From: Candidatus Woesearchaeota archaeon
GTDB lineage: Archaea > Nanobdellota > Nanobdellia > SCGC-AAA011-G17 > JACPIM01
Direction of reading: 5' to 3'
DNA: 58,240 nt
NCBI GenBank assembly: GCA_018302125.1
Contig: JAGWAC010000031.1
Span: forward strand, 1 to 58,240
Position 1 is the stretch's first letter. Every line of letters begins with the position of its first letter. Of this stretch, positions 30,396 through 40,476 are shown piece after piece. The position numbers were made by a program, and so were the translations under genes. Under the pieces are notes generated by a model. The model had not been told where the DNA came from and did not search any database. It saw nothing but the letters and a program-made list of their open reading frames with translations.

Positions 30396-30881
30396 TTATT
30401 TCTTATTCCATTCCCTCAAAAAATTAGTCTTTAAATAATTATCCAGCATCTCTAATTCTTCATAAATACCACCAATTAATGAATATTTTTTAGCTTCTTT
30501 TAAATCAATCCAAGCATAATCAATTAAATCTTTACTCAAAGTAACTTCACCAGAATCATAATCAGCAAAAAAACTTACAACAATTGTTGGAATATTGTCA
30601 GGCCTTATAAAACTCAAGCTTGTTAAATATTTTATGTTTTTAACATTTAATCCTGTTTCTTCAATAACTTCTCTTCTAATTAAATATTCAAAAACATTAT
30701 ACCAGCAATCTTCTGTATCCTTAGGTCTTTTAGAATAATCATTTAATTCTAATTTTCCGCCAGGCACTGTCCATAAACCTGGAAAAGCCTTTTCTCTCTT
30801 AGATCTTCTTGCAATTAAGTATTTTCCATCTTTTACAATAATTGCAGTAGCAACAACATAATGTGCTTTATTAGGGTCCAT
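30396..30881 (-). CDS. NUDIX hydrolase
   Basis: WTVPGGKLE, REVIEETG. Confidence 0.88.
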   Translation of the reverse strand: MDPNKAHYVVATAIIVKDGKYLIARRSKREKAFPGLWTVPGGKLELNDYSKRPKDTEDCWYNVFEYLIRREVIEETGLNVKNIKYLTSLSFIRPDNIPTIVVSFFADYDSGEVTLSKDLIDYAWIDLKEAKKYSLIGGIYEELEMLDNYLKTNFLREWNKK

Positions 30882-30946
30882 AAAGCATTAAAAAAATAAA
30901 AATAAATATAAACATTTTTATATATAAAAGATAATGGGGGAACAAA

Positions 30947-32248
30947 TTGTTAAATTATGATATCTTAAAATTCTACAGTAGAAAGGATATTCAAAAAGAG
31001 ATAATTAAATTATCCAAAAACAGAGAAGTAGCTGTTAATTTTGGGGAAAAAGGCTATGGAAAAAGGCCTGACACATTAGAATATGAGAATGATATTTTAG
31101 AATTGGCTAAACAAGGCGCAACCTCTTTTCATGTCTCATTAGAGCGCTTTAAAGACCCTTTAAAATTAAAAACAGGAATGTCTCAAAAAGAATTAGAAGG
31201 ATTAAGAACTGGTTTTGATATTATAATAGATTTAGATACAAAAATTTTCGAGATCTCCAAAATTTGTGCTTATTTAATTATCGAAGCATTAAAATTCCAT
31301 AACGTAAAAAATATTTCAGTGAAATTTTCAGGTAATAACGGAATGCATATTGGAATTCCTTTTGAAAGTTTTCCTTCCCGAGTAAATAATAAAGAAACTA
31401 AAACATTATTCCCAGACGGCATTAAAGTAGTAAATTATTATTTAAAAAATTTCATAAAAGATCATTTAAAAGAAAAAATCATTGATAATTTCTCACTAGA
31501 GGACATAAGTAATAAGTTAAAAAAATCCACAAATGAATTAAAAGAAAACAACCAGTTTAATCCCTTCAAAGTTATTGATATAGATTCTGTTTTAATTTCG
31601 CCAAGGCATTTATTCAGGTCTGTTTATAGCATAAACGAAAAAAGCGGTTTAGTAAGCATGCCTATTAACCTTAATAATATTTTAAAATTTAACAGGGAAG
31701 ACGCAAAAATAGAAAAAATAAAAATTGAAGAGCCTTTTTTAGAATTTAAAGGAAACAAAGCAGATGCTTCGGATTTAATTATTCAAGCATTTGATTTTTA
31801 TTCAAAAATCTCTGCAAGAAAAGATATTCAAATAAAAACAAGAAAAGAATTGTTCCAAGCAAAGAAAGAATATGAAATTCCAAAAATAGCAATTAAGGAA
31901 GAATTTTTCCCCCCATGCATCAAATTAATACTACAAGGAATTCAGCAAGATGGAAGAAAAAGAGCAATTTTCATTTTAATTAATTTTTTAAAAAAGATGG
32001 GCTGGTCTTTAGACCAAATACAAACAAGATTATTAGAATGGAACAAGGTAAACTATGAACCTTTAAGAGAAGGATATATTATTTCACAGATAAATTGGCA
32101 TAAAAGACAAAAACAGGAGATTCCTCCCCCAAACTGCGATAATCCTAGCTATTATACTGGGATGTTGGTCTGTAAACCTGATTTCTATTGTAAAAAAATT
32201 AAAAATCCAATTCAGCATACAATGAAAAAAATAAATAAAGAAAATTAA
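30947..32248 (+). CDS. fused DNA primase PriS-PriL (TTG start)
   Basis: DLD and KFSGNNGMH (PriS); PPCI..GRKR..PNC..C..C (PriL Fe-S domain). Confidence 0.88.
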   Translation: MLNYDILKFYSRKDIQKEIIKLSKNREVAVNFGEKGYGKRPDTLEYENDILELAKQGATSFHVSLERFKDPLKLKTGMSQKELEGLRTGFDIIIDLDTKIFEISKICAYLIIEALKFHNVKNISVKFSGNNGMHIGIPFESFPSRVNNKETKTLFPDGIKVVNYYLKNFIKDHLKEKIIDNFSLEDISNKLKKSTNELKENNQFNPFKVIDIDSVLISPRHLFRSVYSINEKSGLVSMPINLNNILKFNREDAKIEKIKIEEPFLEFKGNKADASDLIIQAFDFYSKISARKDIQIKTRKELFQAKKEYEIPKIAIKEEFFPPCIKLILQGIQQDGRKRAIFILINFLKKMGWSLDQIQTRLLEWNKVNYEPLREGYIISQINWHKRQKQEIPPPNCDNPSYYTGMLVCKPDFYCKKIKNPIQHTMKKINKEN

Positions 32249-32526
32249 TTTTCTTCTTTCTTAAAGTCCTCTTTCGCACTTGCAAGAACTAAAGGCTTGA
32301 ATTGTTCTCTCTGAATTAAAATATCCAACTTAGAATCTAATTCAGTTGCAGTTCTTGATTCACCAGCAACAGATTTAGCTCTGTCAATAGCACCTTTTTG
32401 ATATAAATCACGAAGATGCTCAAACCATATATCTAAAGCCTTTGTTGGATCATCATAGTTCACAAATAATTTGCTATAATATACTTTAGCAAAACCAAAT
32501 AACTTTTCCCTATCAGTTGTAACCAT
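32245..32526 (-). CDS. hypothetical protein
   Basis: ORF track. Confidence 0.55.
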   Translation of the reverse strand: MVTTDREKLFGFAKVYYSKLFVNYDDPTKALDIWFEHLRDLYQKGAIDRAKSVAGESRTATELDSKLDILIQREQFKPLVLASAKEDFKKEEN

Positions 32527-32872
32527 CTAAAAACTGGCTAAAAATATATTTAAAAAGCTTTCTTTTAAAATTTTAAAACCAAAGAGTTTTTTTGGTTAAG
32601 CCTTTTTTCTAAAAAAGGTTAAAATCGAATTAGTAAATAAAAAATATAAAAGACCTATTTTTGTCTGTATTAATGATAAAGAATAGGGAGAACGATGCGC
32701 TAAAAAAACTCTAAAAATATTAAGAGAGTACGTAAATCAAAATGGTTTAATGTCTATTTATAATATAACTAAAACAAGTGCTTAGGCCATTGTTAGAAGA
32801 TCCTACAATAGCATTTTACCCAAAAGAGTACATCTTTAAAAAAAAGTCACAATTGAAGATACAAAAAAATAA

Positions 32873-33457
32873 TTAATGAATTTTTATCTTTTTAATTAAA
32901 TTATTAAAATCCTTTTCAGAATAATTAGTTTTGTAATTTCTTAATAAATCAATTACTTTATCCTTATTAATAAAGATTCCTTTCTTTTCTAAAATAGAAT
33001 AAACCTTTTTAGAAGTTAAAAATTGAAAAAAAGCAGTAACATTAGAAGGTTTTAAACTAAACTTTGCTCTCTCAAAATCAATCATAATTGCTTTATTTTT
33101 ATTAATAATTATATGTTTGTAAGGATTGGACATTTCTTTTTTGTCTATTTTTAATTTATCCATAGTTCTGCATTGTTTTAAAACATCTAAAATAATTTTT
33201 TTGGGATTTTCAGATTCTTTAAAATAATCTATAATTCTTTTTCCATCTATATATCCACAAATAAAATAATTCTGCCCGGAAGAATATAATTTTGGGCCTA
33301 TTTTATATTTATTTAATTTATTCAGCCAAAAAATCTCATTCTGTATCCTGTTAATAGCACAAATATTTATTTTTTCAACTTTTTTTACAGCTTTTTTTCC
33401 ATTGAATTCAATTAAATAAACTACACTCCTATGTCCTTTTGCAAGTATATCTTCCAT
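32873..33457 (-). CDS. RIO/Bud32-like atypical kinase domain protein
   Basis: AKGHRSVVY, AVKK, NEIFWL, HIII, IDFERA. Confidence 0.7.
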   Translation of the reverse strand: MEDILAKGHRSVVYLIEFNGKKAVKKVEKINICAINRIQNEIFWLNKLNKYKIGPKLYSSGQNYFICGYIDGKRIIDYFKESENPKKIILDVLKQCRTMDKLKIDKKEMSNPYKHIIINKNKAIMIDFERAKFSLKPSNVTAFFQFLTSKKVYSILEKKGIFINKDKVIDLLRNYKTNYSEKDFNNLIKKIKIH

Positions 33458-33525
33458 AAAGCCTTTTAATCAGAAAAGTATATAAATTATCAACCTTTTA
33501 GAAGTAATAAAAGAAGGTATATTTT

Positions 33526-34833
33526 ATGTTTTCAAAAAAAGTAGGTGTATTAGTCTTAGTACTTGTTTTATTTTCATTAAATACATTTGCAGCTAATTTA
33601 ACGCCAGCATACGAGTGGTTAAATTCTCAGAAACCAACAGATATTTATTCATCAGCATGGGCTGCTTTAGCTTTATCAGAAGTTAATGGGGGTAATTCTT
33701 TAATTCAATATTTGGAAAATCAAAAAGATCCTGCAGATTGTTGGCCTAAAGGTTCTTGTAAACCAAAGGAAACTGCTTTGGTGGCATTGGCTTTAAGTAA
33801 ATCTGGAAAAAATATCGATAAGCCTTTGGACTGGTTAAAATCTCATCAAGATATTACTTTAACAGGAGAATGGTTGCTCCAAATAAAAACAGACAGCAAT
33901 GGACAATGTGATATAACTTATACAACAACCCAGGCAGCAACTAAAAAAATAAATGTAGACAAAGGATTCATAACTTCAGATAAATGCACAACTCCAAGTA
34001 CTTTCTTTAATTTAGGAAGTTGTTTAGAACAAAATTTATTATTAACAAAAGCAGCATTAGAATTTGATTTAAAATGCACTTTTTCAGGAGAAATATCATC
34101 AGTTTATAGGGATGCAGGAATTTATTTTTTAAATGATGATGTAATAACTGGTAATCAGGCAAAAATAAAAATAAATAACGGAAATTTCGGTTCTTATGAA
34201 GATACTTTAATAACAAATTGGATTTTGGAAGAGTTAAATCCGGATGTAAATTCATTAATATATTTAAGGAAAAATTTTAGGGAAAATGATGTAAAAAGCA
34301 ATGCATTTTTGTATATAATAACACAAAAACAAAACTACATAAATGAGTTAAGCAATTTGCAGAAAACAGATAAAAGCTTTGGAAATGTTTTTGATACAGC
34401 AATAGCTGCATTAGCCCTGGATGATAGTCAGCATCAGGCTCAAATAGACCAATTAAGAGAATGGTTAGATTTACAGCAAGACAACAAGGATTTTTCTTGG
34501 AATAAAAATATTCTAGATACTTCAGTTGTTTTATATTCAGCTTATCCAAATGACGGAATTGATTTAGGGGAAAGTTCATTAACGCCCCAGACAACTACAA
34601 CATTAGAAACCTCTTGTGATGAAGACAATATTTGTGACATAAATTCTGGTGAAGATTATTTATCATGCCCATTAGATTGTTTTTGTGGTGATAGTGTTTG
34701 TGACTCTTCTGAATCGCCATCTTCTTGCCCTTCTGACTGTGAATCAATATCAACAGAAGAAGAAACAAAAGAAGAACTAGAAGAAGAACCAGAAGAAGAA
34801 AAGGCCCACTTTTGTATTGCCAAAATTAGTTGA
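33526..34833 (+). CDS. secreted protein with alpha-barrel (prenyltransferase-like) and Cys-rich repeats; C-terminus apparently disrupted
   Basis: Signal peptide; WL..Q..D.SW repeats; CGDSVCD repeat; a second frame 34802-34966 ends at an ATGA overlap with the next gene. Confidence 0.65.
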   Translation: MFSKKVGVLVLVLVLFSLNTFAANLTPAYEWLNSQKPTDIYSSAWAALALSEVNGGNSLIQYLENQKDPADCWPKGSCKPKETALVALALSKSGKNIDKPLDWLKSHQDITLTGEWLLQIKTDSNGQCDITYTTTQAATKKINVDKGFITSDKCTTPSTFFNLGSCLEQNLLLTKAALEFDLKCTFSGEISSVYRDAGIYFLNDDVITGNQAKIKINNGNFGSYEDTLITNWILEELNPDVNSLIYLRKNFRENDVKSNAFLYIITQKQNYINELSNLQKTDKSFGNVFDTAIAALALDDSQHQAQIDQLREWLDLQQDNKDFSWNKNILDTSVVLYSAYPNDGIDLGESSLTPQTTTTLETSCDEDNICDINSGEDYLSCPLDCFCGDSVCDSSESPSSCPSDCESISTEEETKEELEEEPEEEKAHFCIAKIS

Positions 34834-34962
34834 ATCAAAAAAAACAGAATTTAAAGGGCCTATTGATTTATTAAAGCCAATAGTAAAAGTCAAATCAATA
34901 AAATCAAAAGTTGAGGAAGATCTGGAGAAATCTTTAAGAGAAGCAAGAAAATTATTAGAGAA

Positions 34963-36171
34963 ATGAAATTTTTTTATATTTTTTTAATTCTAATTCTAAA
35001 TATTTATATAGCTAATGCTGAAATATCAATATTCAAGGAAACTTACTCCCCTAAAGAAACATTTCAGGCAGAATTAAATTTTAAGAATTTAGTTGAAGAA
35101 ATTGCTCCAAGCAATATAAAAATATTAAATTCAGAGATCCAGCAGACAAATATTGGTTTTTTATTAGCAAAAATAACAGATGAAAAATATTTTGTTTATT
35201 TTGATGTTCCGGAAGTTGGAGAAGGGGAGTATTTCTTGGTTGTTAGTATAAAATATATAGATAACGAGATATTGAGAACAGATACTTTTGATAAAAAATT
35301 CCTAGTTAAGAAAGAAGAAAACAATTTATTGTCTGCTAAACCTTATTTAATATTTAATCAAAGAGAAAAGAATTTTTTCAAAGTAGATTTAAAAGATAGT
35401 GGAAATAACATATTAAATGTGAAAATATCAGAAGATTCAAATTCAACAAACATCTTTAATAATAACCTGACAATTGCAAAAAATTCAGAAGATTCATTTT
35501 ATTTCAATATAATAGAAAGTCTGGTAAAAGATAAAGATAGATTAAATATAAAAATAGATTACAACAATAATCTCTTCATAATTCCAGTTTTTTTGTTATT
35601 AAACGAACAAAGAGACAAATTGTCTTTTTATAAAAATGAGGAAATAAAAAACTATATTTATTCATTTGATTTAGAATTTCCTTTTGGTAATTATGCAGAA
35701 TCAAGCATATTTCTGGAAAATAATCTAGATAAAAATTTGTCAAATTTAGCATTGTCAATCTCAGAAAATTTAAAACAAATAATCAAGATAGGTTTTAATA
35801 ATATAGAATTTTTAGAAACTAAAAAATCATTAGGATTGACTTTTTTCATCAATGTAAACAGGGATATTGAAGTAGGTGAATATAATGGATATTTATTAAT
35901 ATCAAATAAAGAAACAAAAACAAATCTTCCAATTAGCATAAAAATTACAGAAAGCCAGATTTATCAAGAAGAAATACCAAATATAGAAACTCAGGAAACT
36001 ATAGAAACAGAAACATCAGAAACAAAGCAAGACATAAAACCAGCTGGGCAAAAAAAGAGATTAAGCAAAAAAACTATAGTTTACATATCAATTTTTGCAG
36101 TAATTCTGGTATTCTTATTAATCTTCCTGACATTATATTTGAGAGTAGGTAAAAAAAGAAAAAAATATTAA
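34963..36171 (+). CDS. surface protein with signal peptide and C-terminal TM anchor
   Basis: Hydrophobic N- and C-termini with basic tail. Confidence 0.7.
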   Translation: MKFFYIFLILILNIYIANAEISIFKETYSPKETFQAELNFKNLVEEIAPSNIKILNSEIQQTNIGFLLAKITDEKYFVYFDVPEVGEGEYFLVVSIKYIDNEILRTDTFDKKFLVKKEENNLLSAKPYLIFNQREKNFFKVDLKDSGNNILNVKISEDSNSTNIFNNNLTIAKNSEDSFYFNIIESLVKDKDRLNIKIDYNNNLFIIPVFLLLNEQRDKLSFYKNEEIKNYIYSFDLEFPFGNYAESSIFLENNLDKNLSNLALSISENLKQIIKIGFNNIEFLETKKSLGLTFFINVNRDIEVGEYNGYLLISNKETKTNLPISIKITESQIYQEEIPNIETQETIETETSETKQDIKPAGQKKRLSKKTIVYISIFAVILVFLLIFLTLYLRVGKKRKKY

Positions 36172-36605
36172 TTAATTGGCTGTTGTTTTTCATTATCAAC
36201 TTCTTTTTTTAACAAAGCATATTCAGCGTCTAAGTTTCTTATTAGCATTGTGTATCTGTGTAATTTAGTAATAAAGTCATTTAACATAGAATTTAGAAAT
36301 TTAGCATCAAAAATAAAGCTCATTGGTTCTAAAATTTCAACAGAACTTGGTGTAAAATCAAAACAAAAGCCTACTAATTTGTCTATTCCAGGAAATTTTA
36401 TATCAGCTTCAACAAAACTGCTGAATAATTTCATATCCTGTAATTCTACAGGCTCAAAAATCTCCTGTTTTTCTAAAATAAGCACATTATCATCTCTAAT
36501 TTTTTCAATTAATTTATTTAAAGTCTCAGAAACATGTTCCTTTGGCAGGCCAACTACTTCAATAATTAATCTCGCTCTTATTTCTTTTTCTTCCATTTTC
36601 AACAA
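36168..36605 (-). CDS. conserved hypothetical protein
   Basis: ORF track; ARLIIEVVGLPKEHV, FSSFVEADI, PSSVEILEP. Confidence 0.65.
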   Translation of the reverse strand: MLKMEEKEIRARLIIEVVGLPKEHVSETLNKLIEKIRDDNVLILEKQEIFEPVELQDMKLFSSFVEADIKFPGIDKLVGFCFDFTPSSVEILEPMSFIFDAKFLNSMLNDFITKLHRYTMLIRNLDAEYALLKKEVDNEKQQPIN

Positions 36606-37197
36606 GTAAAATAATAATAAAAACCATGGTTATTAAAAATAAATATAAACCAAGCTTTTTTTGTTTTAAGTTTTTTGCAATATAAATAATTTTATTTTGT
36701 TTTATGTCACTCTTTAATAAGGTTTCGGATTTAATAACGCTTTTGTTTATGTACTCTATTTTATATTCAATCAGAGTAAAATTCTTAAAATTCTGTATTC
36801 CTTCAGAGCTCTTTCCAACATACCATTCATTATTAATTTTAATCCATGACATGCCTTCAATACTTGAGTTGTAGTTAAATTCATCTATAACATCATATCC
36901 AAAAATTAATTTTATTTTTTCATTTTGGTTTCTTAAATTAAATCCCGGATAAAATACAAGATAACTATAGGCAGGTATTTCATCATGAAAATTAGAAAGC
37001 TCAAAAGATTTATTATTTTGATTTTTTAACCAGATTCCTTTCAGGCTTATGCTTAGGTTTCCGTAATTATGTATTTCTATAAACTCTTTGTCATTATCCT
37101 TGCCCACAGGATTTGGAAATATCTCGCTTATTTCTAAATCCAATCCATAAACTAAATCAATGCAAATTGCAAAAATAAAAAAATAAATTAGTTTCAT
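36559..37197 (-). CDS. lamin-tail-domain membrane protein
   Basis: ISEIFPNP.G.D...EFIEIHN; C-terminal TM. Confidence 0.8.
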   Translation of the reverse strand: MKLIYFFIFAICIDLVYGLDLEISEIFPNPVGKDNDKEFIEIHNYGNLSISLKGIWLKNQNNKSFELSNFHDEIPAYSYLVFYPGFNLRNQNEKIKLIFGYDVIDEFNYNSSIEGMSWIKINNEWYVGKSSEGIQNFKNFTLIEYKIEYINKSVIKSETLLKSDIKQNKIIYIAKNLKQKKLGLYLFLITMVFIIILLVENGRKRNKSEINY

Positions 37198-37284
37198 AAA
37201 GAAGAAAAGATAAAATTCTTTATTTTAGCTTCTATACGAATTTCGGAGTTTTTTCAATTTAAGAATTAAAAATCCGAAAGAAAA

Positions 37285-37863
37285 TTATTCTAAATTTAAA
37301 GGCTCTGAAAGATTTTCAAGAGGACATTCAGATTTCTCGCTTAAATCTTCAAGAGAAATCAATCCAGAAAGCCTGGATCCGTCTTTAAACTCCCATGTGG
37401 GATATCCCCTTATTTTAGCCCCGATGCAAATAGGCGTTTGCCCTCCCTTGTCAGGTGTTGAGCATTCAATGTAATTTACATACTGTATGGACTTTCCAAA
37501 TAATTTCTTTTGGTCAGCGCAATGGGGGCACCAGAAAGCGCCGTAAAATATAGCCCCGTGCTCAGTAAGGCATTTTGCAAAATTATCATGTTCTCCAGGA
37601 GCAGTTGCAGATTTAAATGTAAAAAATCCAGCAACTAATATCAAAATCACTAAAGAAAAATAAATTAAATGGCTTTTCTTAACAAAGTTGCTTTTTTTAA
37701 TTATGCCATGCTTATCATTTTTATGGTTCTTTAAAGATTCTTCTGAATTTAATTCTTTTCCACAAATTTCGCATTTATGCATTTTCATAAAAGAGTTTAA
37801 TTTGGGTTTATATTTTTTTGTTTTTAAAATTATTGCTTTTCTTCCAAAATACCTGTTAGCCAT
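37285..37863 (-). CDS. C2H2 finger, TM segment and thioredoxin-like domain protein
   Basis: CEIC...H....H; YGAFWCPHC; GYPTW; true start may be the internal MHKC. Confidence 0.75.
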   Translation of the reverse strand: MANRYFGRKAIILKTKKYKPKLNSFMKMHKCEICGKELNSEESLKNHKNDKHGIIKKSNFVKKSHLIYFSLVILILVAGFFTFKSATAPGEHDNFAKCLTEHGAIFYGAFWCPHCADQKKLFGKSIQYVNYIECSTPDKGGQTPICIGAKIRGYPTWEFKDGSRLSGLISLEDLSEKSECPLENLSEPLNLE

Positions 37864-38213
37864 CTGGTAAAATTAACAGTAGAAACATCAACCTTCCTTC
37901 TCCAGTGATCCTAAGTATCAGCATTCAATTCTGCTTCTGTATGCTCATAATCATCATGAATAAATACTTTTGCTAAATCACTCCAATGATAATATTTTGT
38001 TTCTCCTTTTGGTTCTTCAACTATTCTTCCCTTAATTTTGAAGAAAACATAATTGGTTCTGTAAGTTTTCCATTCCAATAAACAAGACAAAGCCTGATTT
38101 CACAATCCTTAGGTTTTCCTTTCTCAAGAACTTCTTCGGCTACGGAGTTAAATGGTAATGAACAACTCTCTTAACATAATCAACTTCTCCATGATTCTTG
38201 GTTGCAAAAAATA

Positions 38214-38612
38214 TTAATTTAATTTTATTAATTCTTGAAAACTAATACCTTTTTTCTTTGCTAAATCTATAGAAATAAAATAATTTTCTCCTTTACTAAT
38301 TCCTAAATCATCAGGCTTTAAAAACAACCAGTCAACATTGTTAAATCTTGCACCAATCCAAGCTTCAGCACCAAACTTATCAGCAAATAATTTTAATTCG
38401 TCAACTTCTTTTTTAGTCAAATACCTCTTGTCTTTTCCAGATTTACATTCAATTGCTAATTTTCTATTTTTATTTCCCACTAATAAATCAGGAGCAGGAA
38501 CTGTTGTCGATCCAGATCCTGCTACTCTCAAACTAGCCCATAAATTTGTATCCCAGAACATATGATGGAGTTCTCTTTCAGTTCTGCATCCTTTTTTTTT
38601 CACACCCACCAT
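38214..38612 (-). CDS. hjc: Holliday junction resolvase Hjc
   Basis: KGCRTEREL, RVAGSG, PDLLVG, IECK. Confidence 0.92.
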   Translation of the reverse strand: MVGVKKKGCRTERELHHMFWDTNLWASLRVAGSGSTTVPAPDLLVGNKNRKLAIECKSGKDKRYLTKKEVDELKLFADKFGAEAWIGARFNNVDWLFLKPDDLGISKGENYFISIDLAKKKGISFQELIKLN

Positions 38613-38693
38613 AAACTAACCCTTTTTAAAATAAAATTATTTCAGAAATATATAAAATTTATGCTAAAAAGAAATAAAAAATAAAAAAGTGAA

Positions 38694-38864
38694 TTATAAA
38701 TCTCTAGATTGGACAGTTTTTCTTCCATTTTCAGAAGCTCTCTTGCATGCTTCTTTTATTAAAGACTCAACTTTTGCACTTAAAGCTTCAGCAAAATCAC
38801 CAGCAACATTCATGTTTTTAGCTGCATCCTTTACTTTTGATCTTACCACTAATATTTCTGCCAT
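38694..38864 (-). CDS. short histone-fold protein, 56 aa (not in ORF track)
   Basis: MAEILVVRSKVKDAAKNMNVAGDFAEALSAKVESLIKEACKRASENGRKTVQSRDL; GGAGGG SD; RKTV..RD L2/alpha3 signature. Confidence 0.85.
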   Translation of the reverse strand: MAEILVVRSKVKDAAKNMNVAGDFAEALSAKVESLIKEACKRASENGRKTVQSRDL

Positions 38865-38985
38865 AAAAAACCCTCCTTACTTTTTTGTATTTTAATATTA
38901 TAAGGCTTATAACCTTATTTTATGTCTAATATTAAAATCACTAATATATAAAGCTTTTGTTTATTAAGGCTTAAAAACCCAAATT

Positions 38986-40455
38986 TTAAGGTTTCTCAGG
39001 TTTCATAAGTGGAAATATTACACATTCTCTTACTGGCTTATCCATTAAATAAGCAAAAAATCTTTCGCTAACTCCAAATCCGCAAGCAGGCGGCATGCCG
39101 TATTTCAAAGCTTCAACAAAAGTTTCATCAAATTCATGTGCTTCCTTATCACCAGTTTCTTTCAATTTTTTTTGTTCTTGAAATCTTTTTTCTTGGTCTA
39201 AAGGATCATTTAATTCACTATATCCATTTCCTAATTCAGTTCCAGCGATTATCACTTGAAATTGTTCAACTTTTTTATTATTTTTCTCTTGTCTTTTTGC
39301 AAGAGGACTTATTTCAACTGGTTGGTTTATTAAAAACCCAGGTCCTGCTAGAGACTTTCTGCAATATTTCCATAATAAATCAATTAATCTCCATTTGTCT
39401 GCTTTTTTTTCATATTCCATCTTTAAAAAATCTAATTTTTTTCTTATATCAGCAGCATTAGTTTTATAAATATTAATGCTAGTTTTCTCTTTGATCAGTT
39501 TTTCATAATCATATAGTTCCCATTTTTTACCTAAATCAACATCAAAACATCTTGTTTTAAATTTCAAACTTCCTAAAACTTCTTTTGCAATTAATTTGTA
39601 CATTTCCTGAACTAATTCCATTCCATCTTTGAAATCAGCATAAGCCCAGTAAAATTCCATTTGACTATAATCTTGTAAATGTTCAGAATCCATTCCTTCA
39701 TTTCTGAAAATTCTTCCAATTTCAAATATTTTCTCAAAACCAGAAACTAGTAATTTTTTTTGCCACAATTCGCCACATGAAATTCTTAAAAATACATCAA
39801 TGTCTAACGTATTATGATGTGTTTTGAATGGAGTTGCTGCAGCGCCACCAGTAGAATTTTCTAAAATAGGAGTTTCAACCTCTAAAAATCCTTTGTTCAT
39901 TAAAAAACTCCTAATTGTATTCCAAAATTTTGCTTTTTTAATAAACATTTCCTTTACTTCGGGATTTGTTAAAATGTCTAAATATCTTTTTCTTAATCTT
40001 TCTTCAGTATCTTTTAATCCATGCCACTTGTCAGGTAATGGTTTTAATGATTTTGTTAAAATAAGCAAGTCTTTAATTAAAATAGAAAGTTCTCCCCTCT
40101 TTGTTCTGAAAGGACTCCCTTCTACGCCAATTATATCTCCGATATCCAATAACTTATACAAATTATATTTTTCCTTAATTTCATCTTCTCTAAAAAAACA
40201 TTGGATTTTAGCATCTTGATCTTGAATATCAACAAAAGAAGCTTTTCCCATTTCTCTAATAGCTAATATTTTTCCAGCTGTTTTTATTTTAGCCTTTGAA
40301 TATTCTTCATTTTTTAATTTTGAAAAATTTTTAATTATTCCAGAAATATTGTCTTTCTTTTTAAATTGAGAAGGATAAGGATTAACACCTAATTTCTTTA
40401 TTTGGTTTAATTTCTCTATTCTTTCTTTTACAAGCAAATCCTCTGGTTTCATCAA
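38986..40455 (-). CDS. lysS: lysyl-tRNA synthetase, class II
   Basis: OB fold (MGKASF), RYLD, FLEVETPIL, FRNEG, ELGNGYSELNDP, YGMPP. Confidence 0.95.
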   Translation of the reverse strand: MMKPEDLLVKERIEKLNQIKKLGVNPYPSQFKKKDNISGIIKNFSKLKNEEYSKAKIKTAGKILAIREMGKASFVDIQDQDAKIQCFFREDEIKEKYNLYKLLDIGDIIGVEGSPFRTKRGELSILIKDLLILTKSLKPLPDKWHGLKDTEERLRKRYLDILTNPEVKEMFIKKAKFWNTIRSFLMNKGFLEVETPILENSTGGAAATPFKTHHNTLDIDVFLRISCGELWQKKLLVSGFEKIFEIGRIFRNEGMDSEHLQDYSQMEFYWAYADFKDGMELVQEMYKLIAKEVLGSLKFKTRCFDVDLGKKWELYDYEKLIKEKTSINIYKTNAADIRKKLDFLKMEYEKKADKWRLIDLLWKYCRKSLAGPGFLINQPVEISPLAKRQEKNNKKVEQFQVIIAGTELGNGYSELNDPLDQEKRFQEQKKLKETGDKEAHEFDETFVEALKYGMPPACGFGVSERFFAYLMDKPVRECVIFPLMKPEKP

Positions 40456-40476
40456 CTATCAATCCATTAACTTTCT

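Noticed and set aside
36440-36453. GAGCCTGTAG on the minus strand as the missing 5' piece of tRNA-Arg
   Set aside because: Lies inside a coding region (EPVE) and the following bases cannot form the D stem with GAAC
38689-38895. Plus-strand 68-aa ORF
   Set aside because: Antisense shadow of the histone gene, which has the SD and conserved motifs
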